From Octopus bimaculoides (Eukaryota), in assembly GCF_001194135.2 (NCBI RefSeq), contig NC_068992.1, positions 35,468,929-35,518,852 of the forward strand: a stretch of DNA of 49,924 nucleotides, read 5' to 3'. The translations under genes and the position numbers were made by a program. The notes beneath the pieces were generated by a model that was not told where the DNA came from, made no database searches, and worked only from the letters and a program-made list of their open reading frames with translations. Below are positions 1 to 13,007 of the stretch, piece after piece. Positions within the stretch are counted from its first letter, which is position 1; each line of letters opens with the position of its first letter.

Positions 1-308
1 CTAAGTCTAGCGTACACGTCACAAGTTTGTGATCCGTGTAGCTGACTATGTGGAACTGTGGACATCCTAAACTATCTCTATCTCTTGTCCTACACACTAT
101 CCTATCTAGATACGATCTCAACGACCCAATGCGGTTGCTCCAAGTCCATGTTGGCACATTTGGGTGGTCGAGTCGGTACCTGTCAGACAACTGGAAGCGT
201 CTGAGCAGGTCTATGAGGCCTTTGCATCCCCTTCTAGTTTTGTCACTCCCCACGTAGTCTAGATGCGTGTCCAAGGTAGCATTCCAATCCCCCACTAAAA
301 CTAAGGGA
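1..308 (-). pseudogene. Tx1/L1-type LINE ORF2 fragment, APE endonuclease C-terminal half (runs off window start)
   Basis: Manual minus-strand translation SLVLVGDWNATLD...YRLDHPNVPTWTWSN...SYLDRI...SYTDHKLVTC carries the GDxN, TW, LDR and DH motifs of APE and is collinear with the 9614-10282 ORF. Confidence 0.85.
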
Positions 309-310
309 TG

Positions 311-378
<68 letters not shown>
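311..378. repeat. (GATA)n microsatellite
   Basis: Direct reading. Confidence 0.98.
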
Positions 379-884
379 TCAGATGAATATATAAATATGA
401 TACTTAAGTTGAGGCACCAGAATTTAGTATGGTATTATCCATACAATTTCAAAGTAAGATGTTTTAAATCAAAATAAGCAACAAGGATATTCAGAGGTAA
501 TGCAGTACGATCGTTTCATGCAACTCCATTTAATTAAACAATGTAATTATTACATCAAGTTAAAATGCAGAGCAATCGTAGGCTGCATAAATTCATAGAA
601 TTTAATTAAATTAGAACACATGGACACATTAGTATAATTATTCCTAAAATCTCCAAGAATTTAAGGAGATAGACAAGGAACATGTTGCTTGTACTACAAC
701 ATACAAGTTAATAAAGAGATTGTCAAGAAGAATCTGCCTTTCACTGATTTTATTTGTTTTTTATAGGGTTAGTATTAATTTATAGACTAGCTTATGAAAC
801 CTTGTATATCTATGTTCTGTTGCCCTTTTTCATATTACCTAACTGTTTGAATGTTTTGCGTTCTTGTCCCATTTTTGTATTATA

Positions 885-927
885 TATACATACATACATA
901 CATACATACATACATACATACATACAC

Positions 928-960
<33 letters not shown>
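885..960. repeat. Compound (TACA)n/(TA)n/(TG)n microsatellite
   Basis: Direct reading. Confidence 0.95.
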
Positions 961-972
<12 letters not shown>

Positions 973-1575
973 TGCGATAATTATTTAATTGCCATGATAA
1001 AACTCCAAGTTTTGGATAACGCGGCGGAAAACTGCTCCGACATTTCTTCAGTTATTAAGATGAACAAAAATGCTATGAACTGTTAAACAAAGGGAAATTA
1101 CTATGTAAATGGCCGTTAGTAAGACAAACAAATGAGCTACTAGAATGACCGTTAAATAAAGGGAAAAAACCGAAAGGCAGAAAATAAAAAACGCTCATAC
1201 AATTCGCCTATGCGCGTATGTTCATACATATACATGCGCGCACTAACACCTACGTACATGTGCCTATGTGCATATGTTCACTCACACTCGCGTGAAACAC
1301 ATGCATGCACTCCCACACTCACGCCTATATGTGCACATATATATGCAACCATACACATGTACACTTATACATATCCGCACACACGCACTCACACACATGT
1401 ACCTATACCCATACGCACCCAAGTATATTCATATACACGTGTAAATACGCAAATGCTATATATGCATGTGCTCACTCACACTCGCGTGGAACACATGCAC
1501 AGCCACACAAATACCTATATGTATACATATATATGCAGCCATACTCATGTACACATATACATACCCGCATACACG

Positions 1576-1645
<70 letters not shown>

Positions 1646-2596
1646 NNNNNNNNNNNNNNNNNNNNNNNNNNNNNNNNNNNNNNNNNNNNNNNNNNNNNNN
1701 NNNNNNNNNNNNNNNNNNNNNNNNNNNNNNNNNNNNNNNNNNNNNNNNNNNNNNNNNNNNNNNNNNNNNNNNNNNNNNNNNNNNNNNNNNNNNNNNNNNN
1801 NNNNNNNNNNNNNNNNNNNNNNNNNNNNNNNNNNNNNNNNNNNNNNNNNNNNNNNNNNNNNNNNNNNNNNNNNNNNNNNNNNNNNNNNNNNNNNNNNNNN
1901 NNNNNNNNNNNNNNNNNNNNNNNNNNNNNNNNNNNNNNNNNNNNNNNNNNNNNNNNNNNNNNNNNNNNNNNNNNNNNNNNNNNNNNNNNNNNNNNNNNNN
2001 NNNNNNNNNNNNNNNNNNNNATATATATTTACATATTTTTATATATTTCTTCTTTATATTACCTTTCACCCTGCATTTTTGTGCATATGTGTATATAGAC
2101 GTGTATATGAATATATTTGTGCGGGTATTGGTATGTGTACGTGTGTATGTGTTTACGTGTGTGCGGATATGTATATGTGTGCATGTGTATGGTTGCATAT
2201 ATATATATATGCACATATAGGCGTGTGTGGGGCGTGCATGTATGTGTTTCACGCGAGTGTGAGTGAGCATATGCATATAGGCACATTACGTTGGTGTGCG
2301 TGTGCGCATGTATATGTATGTACATGCGCGCATACACAAATTCTATGAGCGTTTTTTTACTTTCTCGCCTTCGGTTTTTTCCCATTATTTAACGATCATT
2401 CTAATAGCTCTTTCGTTTGTCTTAATAACGGTCATTTTTTACATAGTAATTTCCCTTTGTTTAACAGTCATTTTCATAGCATTTTTGTTTGTCTTAATAA
2501 CTGACGAGATGCCGGACCAGTTTTCTGACGCTTCATCCAAAACTTGGAGCTTTATTATTGCAACCGAATAATTTAATTGTCACATATTATATTACA
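961..2596. mobile_element. Foldback/MITE-like non-autonomous element with ~500-bp inverted arms
   Basis: 961-~1450 aligns with the reverse complement of ~2085-2596, starting at termini TGTAATATAATATG...CATATTATATTACA. The centre holds a partial internal duplication, (CA)n and an N gap. Confidence 0.8.
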
Positions 2597-2661
2597 GATA
2601 AAATCCCCTATTTACATAATATCGAGGTCTCATTCATTCTTTTGTTGTCATACTATTACTA

Positions 2662-2699
<38 letters not shown>

Positions 2700-3549
2700 G
2701 TTCTGCATGTGTGTGTGTGTGTAGATTACAACGGCTGTATTTTTCAACTGATCACGCTGATATTTTACACATACGTAAAAGACGTTACAGTTAAATATCA
2801 TAACATAATCGTTAGTTTCAAAGTGAAATTTGCCCTTTTTTAATCAAAATCTTGATGGAAAATCTGATTTAAATAGCGCTTATTGGCTATCATTCCGCAA
2901 ATCACGTACTAACAACCACTATGTTCGTCCAATCAGCATCAGGGCATTAATTGTATTGAGCCTTCTAAGAGATTTCCTGAAAGAACATATGTGATTGCAG
3001 TAAAAATCGATATCAATCTAGAATGAACTGTACTCGGTCACATGCATCCAGGCATGTCATTCTCAGTTTAATAGATAAGCTGACACAAAAGAGTAAGAAG
3101 ACGAGGCAATTACTTTGAATAAGTAAAAGTGAAGTAAAATATTAAGTTTAACGAATAAATGGCACTAACTTGCGATCAATCAACTGTGAATATTTCCTCA
3201 CAACAAAATTCAATAGACAGTAGAAAACGACAAATTGATTGGTAATTAATGTGGAAATTAGGGTGACAAATATCTAAAACTGTAGGTGAGAGTTTCTTAT
3301 ATAAACAAAAAAAGGGGCTGTATATTTCGACTTTTGTCCACATGTACTTGTAGATGTGAATGCTCATTCACAGCGTCCGCATCCCCGTGCTATTTGGTGC
3401 TTATAATACCATTGCAAATAATTGTGCGATTTAGCGTTGTGGGATTTTTGGTTTTTGTGTTGAAATACCATATATAGAGCTTGCAAACAGCAACGAGGTA
3501 CATTATAATTGATTTTTAAAGATTCATTTAGTTAGAGATTATCGATAGG

Positions 3550-4135
3550 ATGCCTTGAAAAACAAGAGCCACATTGGCAGAAAAACAAAAAAAGCTTCCA
3601 TTTTGCGTTCCTTGCGGCAAGCGAGACAGAAGGACAATGTGTGCTCATAACGCTGCTTCTACTTCAACCGCCAGAGCATCACAAACAGCTCAACTGGCAG
3701 AACTCCAGCATGCACGTAATACTGCCTCTAATTCGATCGCCAGAGTNNNNNNNNNNNNNNNNNNNNNNNNNNNNNNNNNNNNNNNNNNNNNNNNNNNNNN
3801 NNNNNNNNNNNNNNNNNNNNNNNNNNNNNNNNNNNNNNNNNNNNNNNNNNAACAGCTCAACTGGCAGAACTCCAGCATGCACGTAATACTGCCTCTAATT
3901 CGATCGCCAGAGCATCACAAACAGCTCAACTGGCAGAACTCTAGCATGCACGTAATACTGCCTCTAATTCGATCGCCAGAGCATCACAGACAGCTCAACT
4001 GGCAGAACTCCAGCATGCACGTAATACTGCCTCTAATTCGATCGCCAGAGTATCACAGACTGCTCAACAAGTAGAACTCCGGTTTGCTCACAATGCTGCT
4101 TCTACTGCAGTCACCAGAACATCACAGACAGGAGC
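3550..4135 (+). pseudogene. Degenerate ORF start with 69-bp (23-codon) tandem repeat, probably Helitron N-terminal STPR-like repeats
   Basis: The 69-bp unit cagagcatcacaaacagctc...ttcgatcgc repeats across a gap. One frame gives RASQTAQLAELQHARNTASNSIA. The repaired start reads MPRKTRANIGRKTKKAS. Confidence 0.5.
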
Positions 4136-5479
4136 ATAGACAGAAGCGGAATTACACTATTTTAGACTCCAGTCCTATCACGAACTTACACCGTCCAAGG
4201 GACGGTGGGGTGGCATTTGCTAGTATATATATGTATGTATATGTGTGTTTGTGTGTGTTCGTGTTTGTGAGTGTGTGTATTTTAATTTTAATCAATTTGC
4301 TTTGATTTTGATTTTTAAACTTCTTCATTTAATTCAAATTGTTTCTGTTTTTAATTTATATTCCTCACACTTCAACCCATATACATAGATTGCATCCCCC
4401 ACATACCATATACGTCCCTACTGTACACACACACACATGCAGTTCCATATTCTTGCATACACGGATACACACGCGCACGCATGCGCTGAATATATACACA
4501 CATATATACACACCCCACACACACGAATACGCATACATATTCATACACCCCATTCCCGCCCCGCTCTTAACCTGTCCACACCACTCATTTACACGTATAT
4601 CACTCACATTAACACAAACCCACACGCACACAGATACTACCATACATACAAACACACACCAACTATTTTCGCACTCTCCTGCCTTAATTAAAACATTTTC
4701 TTTATCTCTCCCCACTTCCGGTTACTTCAGCCATATAACTACACACGTGCATTTCTTGAACTATTTTTCCTTCTCTCTGTACCTTTCCTCTCTCCTCTTT
4801 TTGACGGAGAGCCATGCTCCAAATGTTACACCGCCACCTTTTTCCATTTTAAACCAAGCGTTAACTTAATATATTCTCTGTGTACGTCCTTCAGACTTTA
4901 CTTTCGATTTGTCTACACACATACACACACGCACACACACACACATACACACACACACTCACACACGCGCGCGCGCACGCACACACACATAGTATCGTAT
5001 AAAGATACTCAAAATAGAAGCAGTTGAGAGAAAAACAGCAAGCTGATGAAAGTGTCGTCTTACATTACCGTAACTATATTCAGATCTACTGCACCCGCTA
5101 ATTATCGGTGCCTACATGGACATCGAAATAATTCTGGAAGAAACGAAGCTTTGATTCATTAATTCTGCAGAAATATGCTTTCATAAATGCAAAAACAACA
5201 AAATAAAAAACAAAAAAGACAAAAAGTAACAGACTTAATATACACTGCTCTGAAAACAGCCACCTGCTTCTTTTCGGACGCGCAAAATATGGACTAAAAT
5301 CAGAGCGTACAAAAATATAGCAAGTTATTTTGATTATTTATTGAAACATTTTCTTTTCAAATACTTCATGATTCTCCTATACAGCCTTCGAAATATATGA
5401 TCTACTTTCCATATAATTATATCTGCTGTATCAGACAAAAATGTTACCATTCCCTCTCGGTAATTGGACTGGGTTGTTG

Positions 5480-5585
5480 CTATGGCAGTTTTCTACTTCA
5501 AGTTGAACCGTATCATATGAGGAAAAAGGCAGTGCTCCAGCATGGCCGCAGTCACATGACCGAAACAAATAAAAAATAAAAGAGT
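5480..5585 (+). mobile_element. SINE 3' end fragment
   Basis: gtgctccagcatggccgcagtcacatgaccgaaacaa tail shared with copies ending near 31000, 36640 and 46466. Confidence 0.75.
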
Positions 5586-5656
5586 ACATATATACGTTAG
5601 ATGGTCTATTTCTTGCATAATGGATGACCACTTAGTGGTCATCCCTTGTCATATGT

Positions 5657-5695
<39 letters not shown>

Positions 5696-6988
5696 NNNNN
5701 NNNNNCTCATGGCGTGAGGCGTTATTGTATAGTAATGCCCTTATATAAATATAAATATATATATTTATATTTATATAAGGGCATTACTATACAATAACGC
5801 CTCACGCCATGAGGGACTCTAAGGTCAGACTACTATAAAAAAAAAAGCACATTTTTACCGAATGCGAGGAAATGCAACTCTCAAAGCCAACCTCTTAAAA
5901 ACGAACTAAATTATAGATCATGATTTCGTAGTTATTGTAGTACTATACAACTTCTACTCGTCAGTATAATGTGGTCAAGAAAAATAGAAATAAACAGTGA
6001 ATCAACATACCAAACGAACACCATGTATCTAGCATAGCATATAGACGACTGTTCATCGCTATTTCCCTATGTAAGTGGCGCGAATTTCGAATTGCATCTC
6101 GGTAAATATGCCTCTTACACAGAATAAATTCAGCACTGAATATATTCTGGTAATATATTTAAATTTCAATAATAGGACGAATTCTTTTACAAGAATTTAT
6201 CAAGTATTTACAAGAATTTATCAAGTATATATAACCTGATGTCTTATACAACCGAATAGGAGACAAAACGTTTTACAGTATTCAGTGTCTTTTACAAGAG
6301 TTTTAAATAGAAATCATGTCCAGACAGTGTTTATCAGCCGATGCTATGAAATATATCAGAGGTGGTTAAATAAGACACTAGCAGGCTCACTACTAAGAAA
6401 TATATAACAATATTCCACAGATTATGTTTCTTTATTAACCTTAGATAAAAAAATATTCGAACAATATTTTTCCTGAGTACACAAAGTACTATTAAAATCA
6501 AAACTTGAAGTATTATATGATTTGAGTATATTCTTCATATATTTCTAAATATTGTATTAGAAATATTACTTTGGTAGTCTAAGTTTTTCCTGAATGGATG
6601 CATTCTTGTTTCATGGAAGAAACTAATTCTGTTTTGAGAAGATATCACACAATTTTTGAAGTAGGTTTATAGCAAAGAATGAAATTTCAAAAATACGGCA
6701 TAGATTTCTAAAAGTAGCTCGTGTATTACTTATAGGATTTTCTTTATGTTTTATTTCAGATTCAGAATTCTATATTCCGCTCTAGGAGTTATCACCAAAG
6801 TAAAAAATGTATATAATATGAGAAATAGATGGAGTCTCTGCTATAAATAAATTAATAAATAAATAAATAAATATATAAATACAGCGGGAGAGAGAAAGGC
6901 AGGAAGAGTGAGAGACCTAGAGAGAGTATCACGCTCATAATCGGATATATTGAACCATTGAACCGTTCTAGGATCAAATATGTACCGA

Positions 6989-7056
<68 letters not shown>

Positions 7057-7499
7057 NNNNNNNNNNNNNNNNNNNNNNNNNNNNNNNNNNNNNNNNNNNN
7101 NNNNNNNNNNNNNNNNNNNNNNNNNNNNNNNNNNNNNNNNNNNNNNNNNNAACGGACAGATAGATGATATGAAGGCGGATATAAATGATATAAACAACAA
7201 TTAGAAGGACAGGCAAAAAAAGAAGGATCCTTTGTGGCTTTCTTTCCTCAGTCAAGTTCCAAAATTCACGACCATTTCGGGTGGTTAGACTTAAGACGGT
7301 TCGATCTGTCTGCCCCACAAAAAGTGTAAGCATTAGACCCATTTGTAAGAAAGCTACCGAATGTGTACGGCAACGAAGACAAAAAAAAAACAAACAACAA
7401 AAAAGCGGAGAACATGGTACCCAATTACGAATACAAACAACAAGATATAACAACAGGTGTCTTTCGACTGAGAACGAATCAAATTGAGCTGGCGTGTAT

Positions 7500-7762
7500 A
7501 AGGGGTCAGCTTAAAGCATCACCACGCGCTGCTAAAAATAGATGTTAAAGCATTTATACTACCTTACTACCGTACTGATGAGACAGTAGGTAAAATTATT
7601 TTTACTTTGAGTTCGAAACGCGTCTACGGTTAACCAAGCTTGATTCGTTATCTTTCTTTTACTTGCCTACAATATGTGTTATTCTTGGAGATTTTAAGGT
7701 AGTAAAAAAGGCTTTAACGTCTATTTTTAGTAGTGCGTGGTGATGCTTTAAGCTGACCCCTT
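7500..7762. mobile_element. Short MITE-like element with ~60-bp imperfect inverted ends
   Basis: aaggggtcagcttaaagcatcaccacgc... at 7500 is matched in reverse complement by ...gcgtggtgatgctttaagctgacccctt ending 7762. Confidence 0.6.
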
Positions 7763-7879
7763 GTTATAATTATGAATATAATTATAAAATAATTTGTAAA
7801 ATATACTTAAACGGTTTTATTTTTCCGCCTTGGCTACCTAGAGCGTCGGCAATGTTTAATATTATGATGAAGTTAAGTT

Positions 7880-8330
7880 GGCGAGATGGCAGAAACGTTA
7901 GCACGCCGGGCGAAATGCTTAGTGGTATTTCGTCTGCCGTTACGTTCTGAGTTTAAATTGCTGGGATCTTGCTGATTTGGCGGACACCATTTTTTATTTA
8001 GTTTTTATTAAGTGTGTTTTCTACCGAAATACTTTAAAACTTCGTATACTTGTATATTTTGTCTCATAGAACAGAGAAAAAATTTTATATTTGAAGTTAT
8101 TTTATGTTAAAAATTGTCGTATTTCGGTAATTTCAACCAATCACTGACGTCTATTAAGTTGAATACAGTTACTGCTGTTCTTTGTCAACAATAATTTGTG
8201 GCAGTGTATATATCGTTAGTCCCTGGTAAACCTTTTGAATTAAACACCAGTTATGCACTGGGATTAATATAATTGACTTACTCTTTCTCTCAAAAACCAG
8301 GCCTTGTGCCTATAATAGAAGGGTTTATTA
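7880..8330 (+). mobile_element. tRNA-type SINE, with its middle replaced or interrupted by ~280 bp of other sequence (~7960-8240)
   Basis: Head ggcgagatggcagaaacgttagcacgccgggcgaaatgc...gttctgagtt and tail ccagttatgcactggg...ggccttgtgcctata match the copies at 13008 and 25269. Confidence 0.75.
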
Positions 8331-8509
8331 GCTACTGCCATTATGCATGATTTACACTATTCTAGTTGTTTCAGTTCATTGGATAATAGCTAATAAGGGA
8401 ATCAAGCCAACAAAATAGTTGAAAGAAAGGGCTTCCAAACAGTTGCTTCATTTTTTAGAAAGAGCAGCCAAATCTACCTCAAATCAGACTCAACCATCAT
8501 TTAGAAAAT

Positions 8510-9088
8510 ATGCTACTGAGTACACAGTACATAGAAAACGCTACCGAAAACGCTAACTGGGTTGGTCAAACAGTTAGTCTCCTCATCCAGGCTGACCCTA
8601 AAATAATTGAAGCAATTCCTGAGACAATTGAAATAGAGGAGGAGACCCTCGTGGTGTTTGTTGAGGGCCGAAAACCCCGATGCGTTTTGTGCGGCCAATT
8701 AGGCCACAATCGAAGGAACTGCAAGGAAAATGAGGAAGAGGAAGGGGAGGAGAAAGAGGAAAAAGAGGAAGAAGAGGAAAAAGAAGAAAAAGATGAGAAG
8801 AAAATAACAAACAAAAGAAAGATACAATCAGCAACACAACCGAGAGCGGCGACTACTACAGAACAACGACCGAAAATGACTGCAAGAAGAGAAAAAGAGG
8901 AAAAAGGCATAATAGCCGTATACACTAAAGATACTGAGTTAATGAGAGATGTTCAATTAATTAAGACTGCAAAAAACATAGATAACCTTTCGGAGAAATT
9001 TAACAACTATGACGTGTATGAAGTCTCAAATAAGACTCATAGAATTTTACAAAACAAATACCATATCATCAATGAGATTGGACTTTAA
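8510..9088 (+). pseudogene. LINE ORF1 C-terminal part with CCHC zinc knuckle
   Basis: VEGRKPRCVLCGQLGHNRRNC (CX2CX4HX4C) followed by an acidic/lysine-rich tract. Confidence 0.85.
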
Positions 9089-9289
9089 TAAGTCTATATT
9101 TCATGGATTATTAGCCCCGATCCCCCGAGAAAAGTAAAAGGTAGAGACCCCCTCCACATGATAACTCTGTGTCGGTAATGAGACGAGATTTTAACAAATC
9201 TATGTCCCAAGACCTGCCACCTCCGACCCTGTATCAAGAAAATGTGGAGAGTCCCTCTCCACCGGACAGCTCTGATTAACAGGTAAGTC

Positions 9290-12200
9290 ATGTCTATTCA
9301 CATTGGTTGTATAAATGTTCCTGGCCTGATGTCTAGCTGGAAGCAAGGACGCTTCCTAAATGACATCAGGTCAAGAAAATTGGATGTGATTGTTGCAACG
9401 GAAACCCGTGTAAATGGGCCAAAAGATCTGTCTCCGCTCCGGAACGGCTATGAGAAATAAGTTTCTCNNNNNNNNNNNNNNNNNNNNNNNNNNNNNNNNN
9501 NNNNNNNNNNNNNNNNNNNNNNNNNNNNNNNNNNNNNNNNNNNNNNNNNNNNNNNNNNNNNNNNNNNNNNNNNNNNNNNCCTACTAAAAAGAAACCGGGT
9601 AGCCGAGAAAAAGTTGTTTTTTTCTGATCCAGAAGGCAGGCTGGTCGTTCTCAACCTGACATTCAGTTGTGGCAAGATAATCAGGCTAGTTGCTATTCAT
9701 GCACCCAACATTAAGGGCCCGCAAAGTGAATATTTTCGTGACCTGGGCAAGTTTCTGGCCACGTCGCATTCGTTAGTATTGTTAAAAGACATTAACACAA
9801 TATGTGACGCACACACAGATTGTGTTGACACGAGCATGAACAGAAAATGTAACCCAGGCTTACCGGATATGCTAAGTTTCTTTCAGCTAGCAGATCCATA
9901 TAGGTTGGAACACCCGAACACTCCACAGTGGACGTGGTCAAATAATGACGGGTCTTCCAGAACATATCTAGATAGGATTTTAATTAGAGAAACAGATAAT
10001 TCCATAGCTAAGTGTCCACAGTTTTTTCTAGTCAGCTACAGTGGCCACAAGATGGTTACCTGTAAACTGACAATAGACAAGTTACATAGTCAGGGACCTG
10101 GCTACTGGAAACTCAATATGTCCCTTTTGGCGATTGAGGAATACAGAAAGCTGATCAAGTTGTTAATACAGAGGGCATTGACAGGTACCATCATTAATAA
10201 CAAATGGTGGTACGCCCTAAAAAGAGCCATCAAATATGAGTCTATTAGGTTTAGCATTAGTTTAGTTAAGAATAGGAGATAGTTTAATTAAGGTACTAGA
10301 AGTCTGGAGGACTGGTAATGCTGACCAATTGAGGGTGAAAAGACTGGAGTTAAGCCAGCATCTTGAAGCCCAAAACATCGGAAGTATTGCCAGAGCTAAA
10401 TTACGTGCGATGGGAAGAGAAGGAATCAAGGCCGCTGGATGGACCCCAGTGGTGGAAGCTCGGCAAGGAAATAGTTCCACTATACGGTCTTTGACGAGTC
10501 ATAATGGCGTCTTGGTAAACGAACCCGAGAAAATGTGTGAGGCCGTTCAGGAGTACTTTGCCCAGTTGTTCGGGGATGACGGCGGTCCTGATGGTGGGAG
10601 AGGCCTCGATGACTTTCTTGTCGGGCTGCCGTGTCTCTCGGGGTCGGATGCGGAGTCTTGCGAAGGGCCAATCACGGCTGTGGAGGTGATGGAGGCTTTG
10701 GCCGACTGTAAAGCGGGTAAGTCGCCGGGACTCCATGGTCTTCCGTACGAGCTGTATAAATCTATACCAGACTTGTTCGGGCATCTACTGGCTGACGTTT
10801 ACGCGAACTGGCAACGGAATGGGTCTATCCCCAGATATGTGCGCCAGGGAGTAGTGACGTTGGTCAGAAAGGACTGGGACAAGGGGGACGTTATAAAGAA
10901 GTTCAAGCCCATCGCTCTGTTAAACGCAGAAGTGAAGATTTTGGTCAATGTCTTACCGAAAACGTTGGCGCGTGTCGCAAATGGTATAGTAGGGGAGGCA
11001 CAGACATGTGCCATCCCAGGCAGAACCATTCAGGATACCGTCCATCTTATTCGCTATACCATAGAGAGGGTTGGTAATAAATCTGGCAAAGGTGGGGCAT
11101 TGATACATTTGGACCAGTCTAAAGCTTTTGATAGGGTTGACCATCGATACCTGGTGACTGTGCTTGCGCGATTCGGCCTGGGCCTTGGCTTCCTCATGTG
11201 GTTTATCGCTTTGTACCGCAACATTGACTTGATAATTCGGGTGAACGGTTTCCTTTCGAAGCCGTTCTGCATCAGACGCTCGGTTCGTCAAGGATGTCCA
11301 CTCTCACCGCTTTTGCATGTGGTGGCTCTCGAGCGCCTACTGCGAAGGTTGATTGGCATTCTGAGAGAACCAGGTCTAGAGGAGTTTGTTACAGTTTACG
11401 CGGATGATATCACTATCGGCGTAACCTCAGTAGCACGCCTACGTGAAGTGGGTAAGACTATTGAGGCTTACGAGGAAATGGCAGTAGCAAAGATTAACCG
11501 GGAAAAGTCGGTCGGCTTGCAGCTCGGCACCTGGGTTGGCAAGTCGATGCCTTTAGACATTGTTGTTGGCGCTGGACGGAGGGACCGGTTAAGTTGCTGG
11601 GAGTTTGGTTTGGACCAGGTCTCCAGATAGAGAAGAACTGGACGGAGGTATTGAGCAGGGTGGCTGCAATAGCCAAGACATGGTCTTGGCGGTGGCTATC
11701 CCTGAAAGGGAGGGCGAAGGTGGCCAATGTGTTTATCGCATAGGTCATTACCTACCACCTGACCGTCGTGCCCTGTCCGGATTCGTGGTTGACCAGTTTT
11801 TGAGAGACAGCTGTTTCGCTTTTTATGGAAGGGCAGGTTGCCATTTGTGAAACGCTGTCTGCTGTTAAAAGCCTTTAAATGGAGGTTTAAGGATGCCTTG
11901 GTTAATGATACGCAGGCATTCGTTGATATGGAGGCACCTCTGCATTCTCCTGGATAGTGAACGGGTGTGGTCTCCACTGGCCAGACAAATGTTCTCCGAG
12001 TTCAAAAGGTCGAGTGAATGGCATGGAGAGCGCCGTAGGGCCCTCTTACCATTCCGGCACTCGGGCAACGCCAACGGTGGGGGTCCCACACGGAGTTTAT
12101 ATAGTGTGTTGGTAGAGTCTGAATGCGACGATGGCCTAGGGGCGACTCTAGGTCTCGGGTTTATTCAACTGGACAACCTGATTCACCGTACATTCGGGTT

Positions 12201-12657
12201 GAGAACTTTGGGCAACTTCCAAAAGTCCTTAACCTGGCAATGCTACAGAGGTGCCTTGCCCGTTTGGCATAAGCTCGCAAGGCACGGCAAGCGTCAGTTG
12301 CCGACCTGTCCAAGATGCGAGGGAGATAGGGAAACCGTCCCTCACGCTATTGTTCAGTTTCCGGAGATATCTGAAATGTGGGCTTATGCTAAACACCTGT
12401 TGTCCGGCGAAGGAAGAGTACAGCTGTCGACTGAGTCAATTATGAAAATTGACCCACCGGGAGTTTTAACAAACGAAGGTAAGAATGGTTTTCTCACGGT
12501 TGTAGCAATAGCAAAAGAGGCAGTATGGAAGACTAGATTAAAAGCAATTAAGACAGGCAACTTTATCTCTGGCCACAATTTACGATCATTTTTTACTTTT
12601 CATTTGAAAAGGAAGGTGTGGCTGGAGAAGAGATGTCTATACGAGTGTACGTTCCAA
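9290..12657 (+). pseudogene. LINE ORF2 (APE endonuclease + reverse transcriptase), interrupted by stops, frameshifts and gaps
   Basis: MSIHIGCINV...ATETR, DPEGRLV, YLDRI, PGYWKLN, KSPGLHGLP, FKPIALLN, DQSKAFDRV, QGCPLSP, YADDI, CPRC...ETVPH. Confidence 0.93.
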
Positions 12658-13007
12658 NNNNNNNNNNNNNNNNNNNNNNNNNNNNNNNNNNNNNNNNNNN
12701 NNNNNNNNNNNNNNNNNNNNNNNNNNNNNNNNNNNNNNNNNNNNNNNNNNNNNNNNNNNNNNNNNNNNNNNNNNNNNNNNNNNNNNNNNNNNNNNNNNNN
12801 NNNNNNNNNNNNNNNNNNNCGGAGCGCGGACTGATCATTGCTTCATTTGTATTGTCCCTGTATTGTTAATTTCATTCGATTTTTTTATATATTTTATTTA
12901 ATTTTTAAAAAGTCATATTTTATGTAAAATCATACCGATTTACCGATCCCATCAGTTGTTCTGTCCATTTCTATGTTTAGCCCCTAGTGAGCAATAAAGA
13001 AATTAAT

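Larger units (their letters stand above)
8400..13005 (+). mobile_element. Near-full-length degraded Tx1/L1-type LINE (5'-truncated ORF1, ORF2, 3' UTR)
   Basis: ORF1 knuckle, APE, RT and C-terminal Cys motif occur in order. The 3' end is ...gtgagcaataaagaaatt. Confidence 0.92.

Noticed and set aside
1210-2385. Long His/Thr/Tyr- or Cys/Val-rich ORFs in several frames
   Set aside because: These are translations of CA/TG/TA repeats and N runs, which lack stop codons. The same applies to the ORFs at ~26.8, 30.2, 33.3, 36.9 and 39.1 kb.
3672-4075. 69-bp repeats as a possible CRISPR array
   Set aside because: The units are contiguous with no unique spacers, the context is eukaryotic and there are no cas genes.
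5706-5813. Perfect 108-bp palindrome centred on a TA run
   Set aside because: It has zero mismatches and its left end starts exactly at an N gap, which is typical of a gap-filling or fold-back read artefact. It would need long-read confirmation.
6186-6228. 21-bp tandem duplication tttacaagaatttatcaagta (similar ~25-bp case at ~35075-35112)
   Set aside because: Ordinary slippage-type micro-duplication with no further structure.
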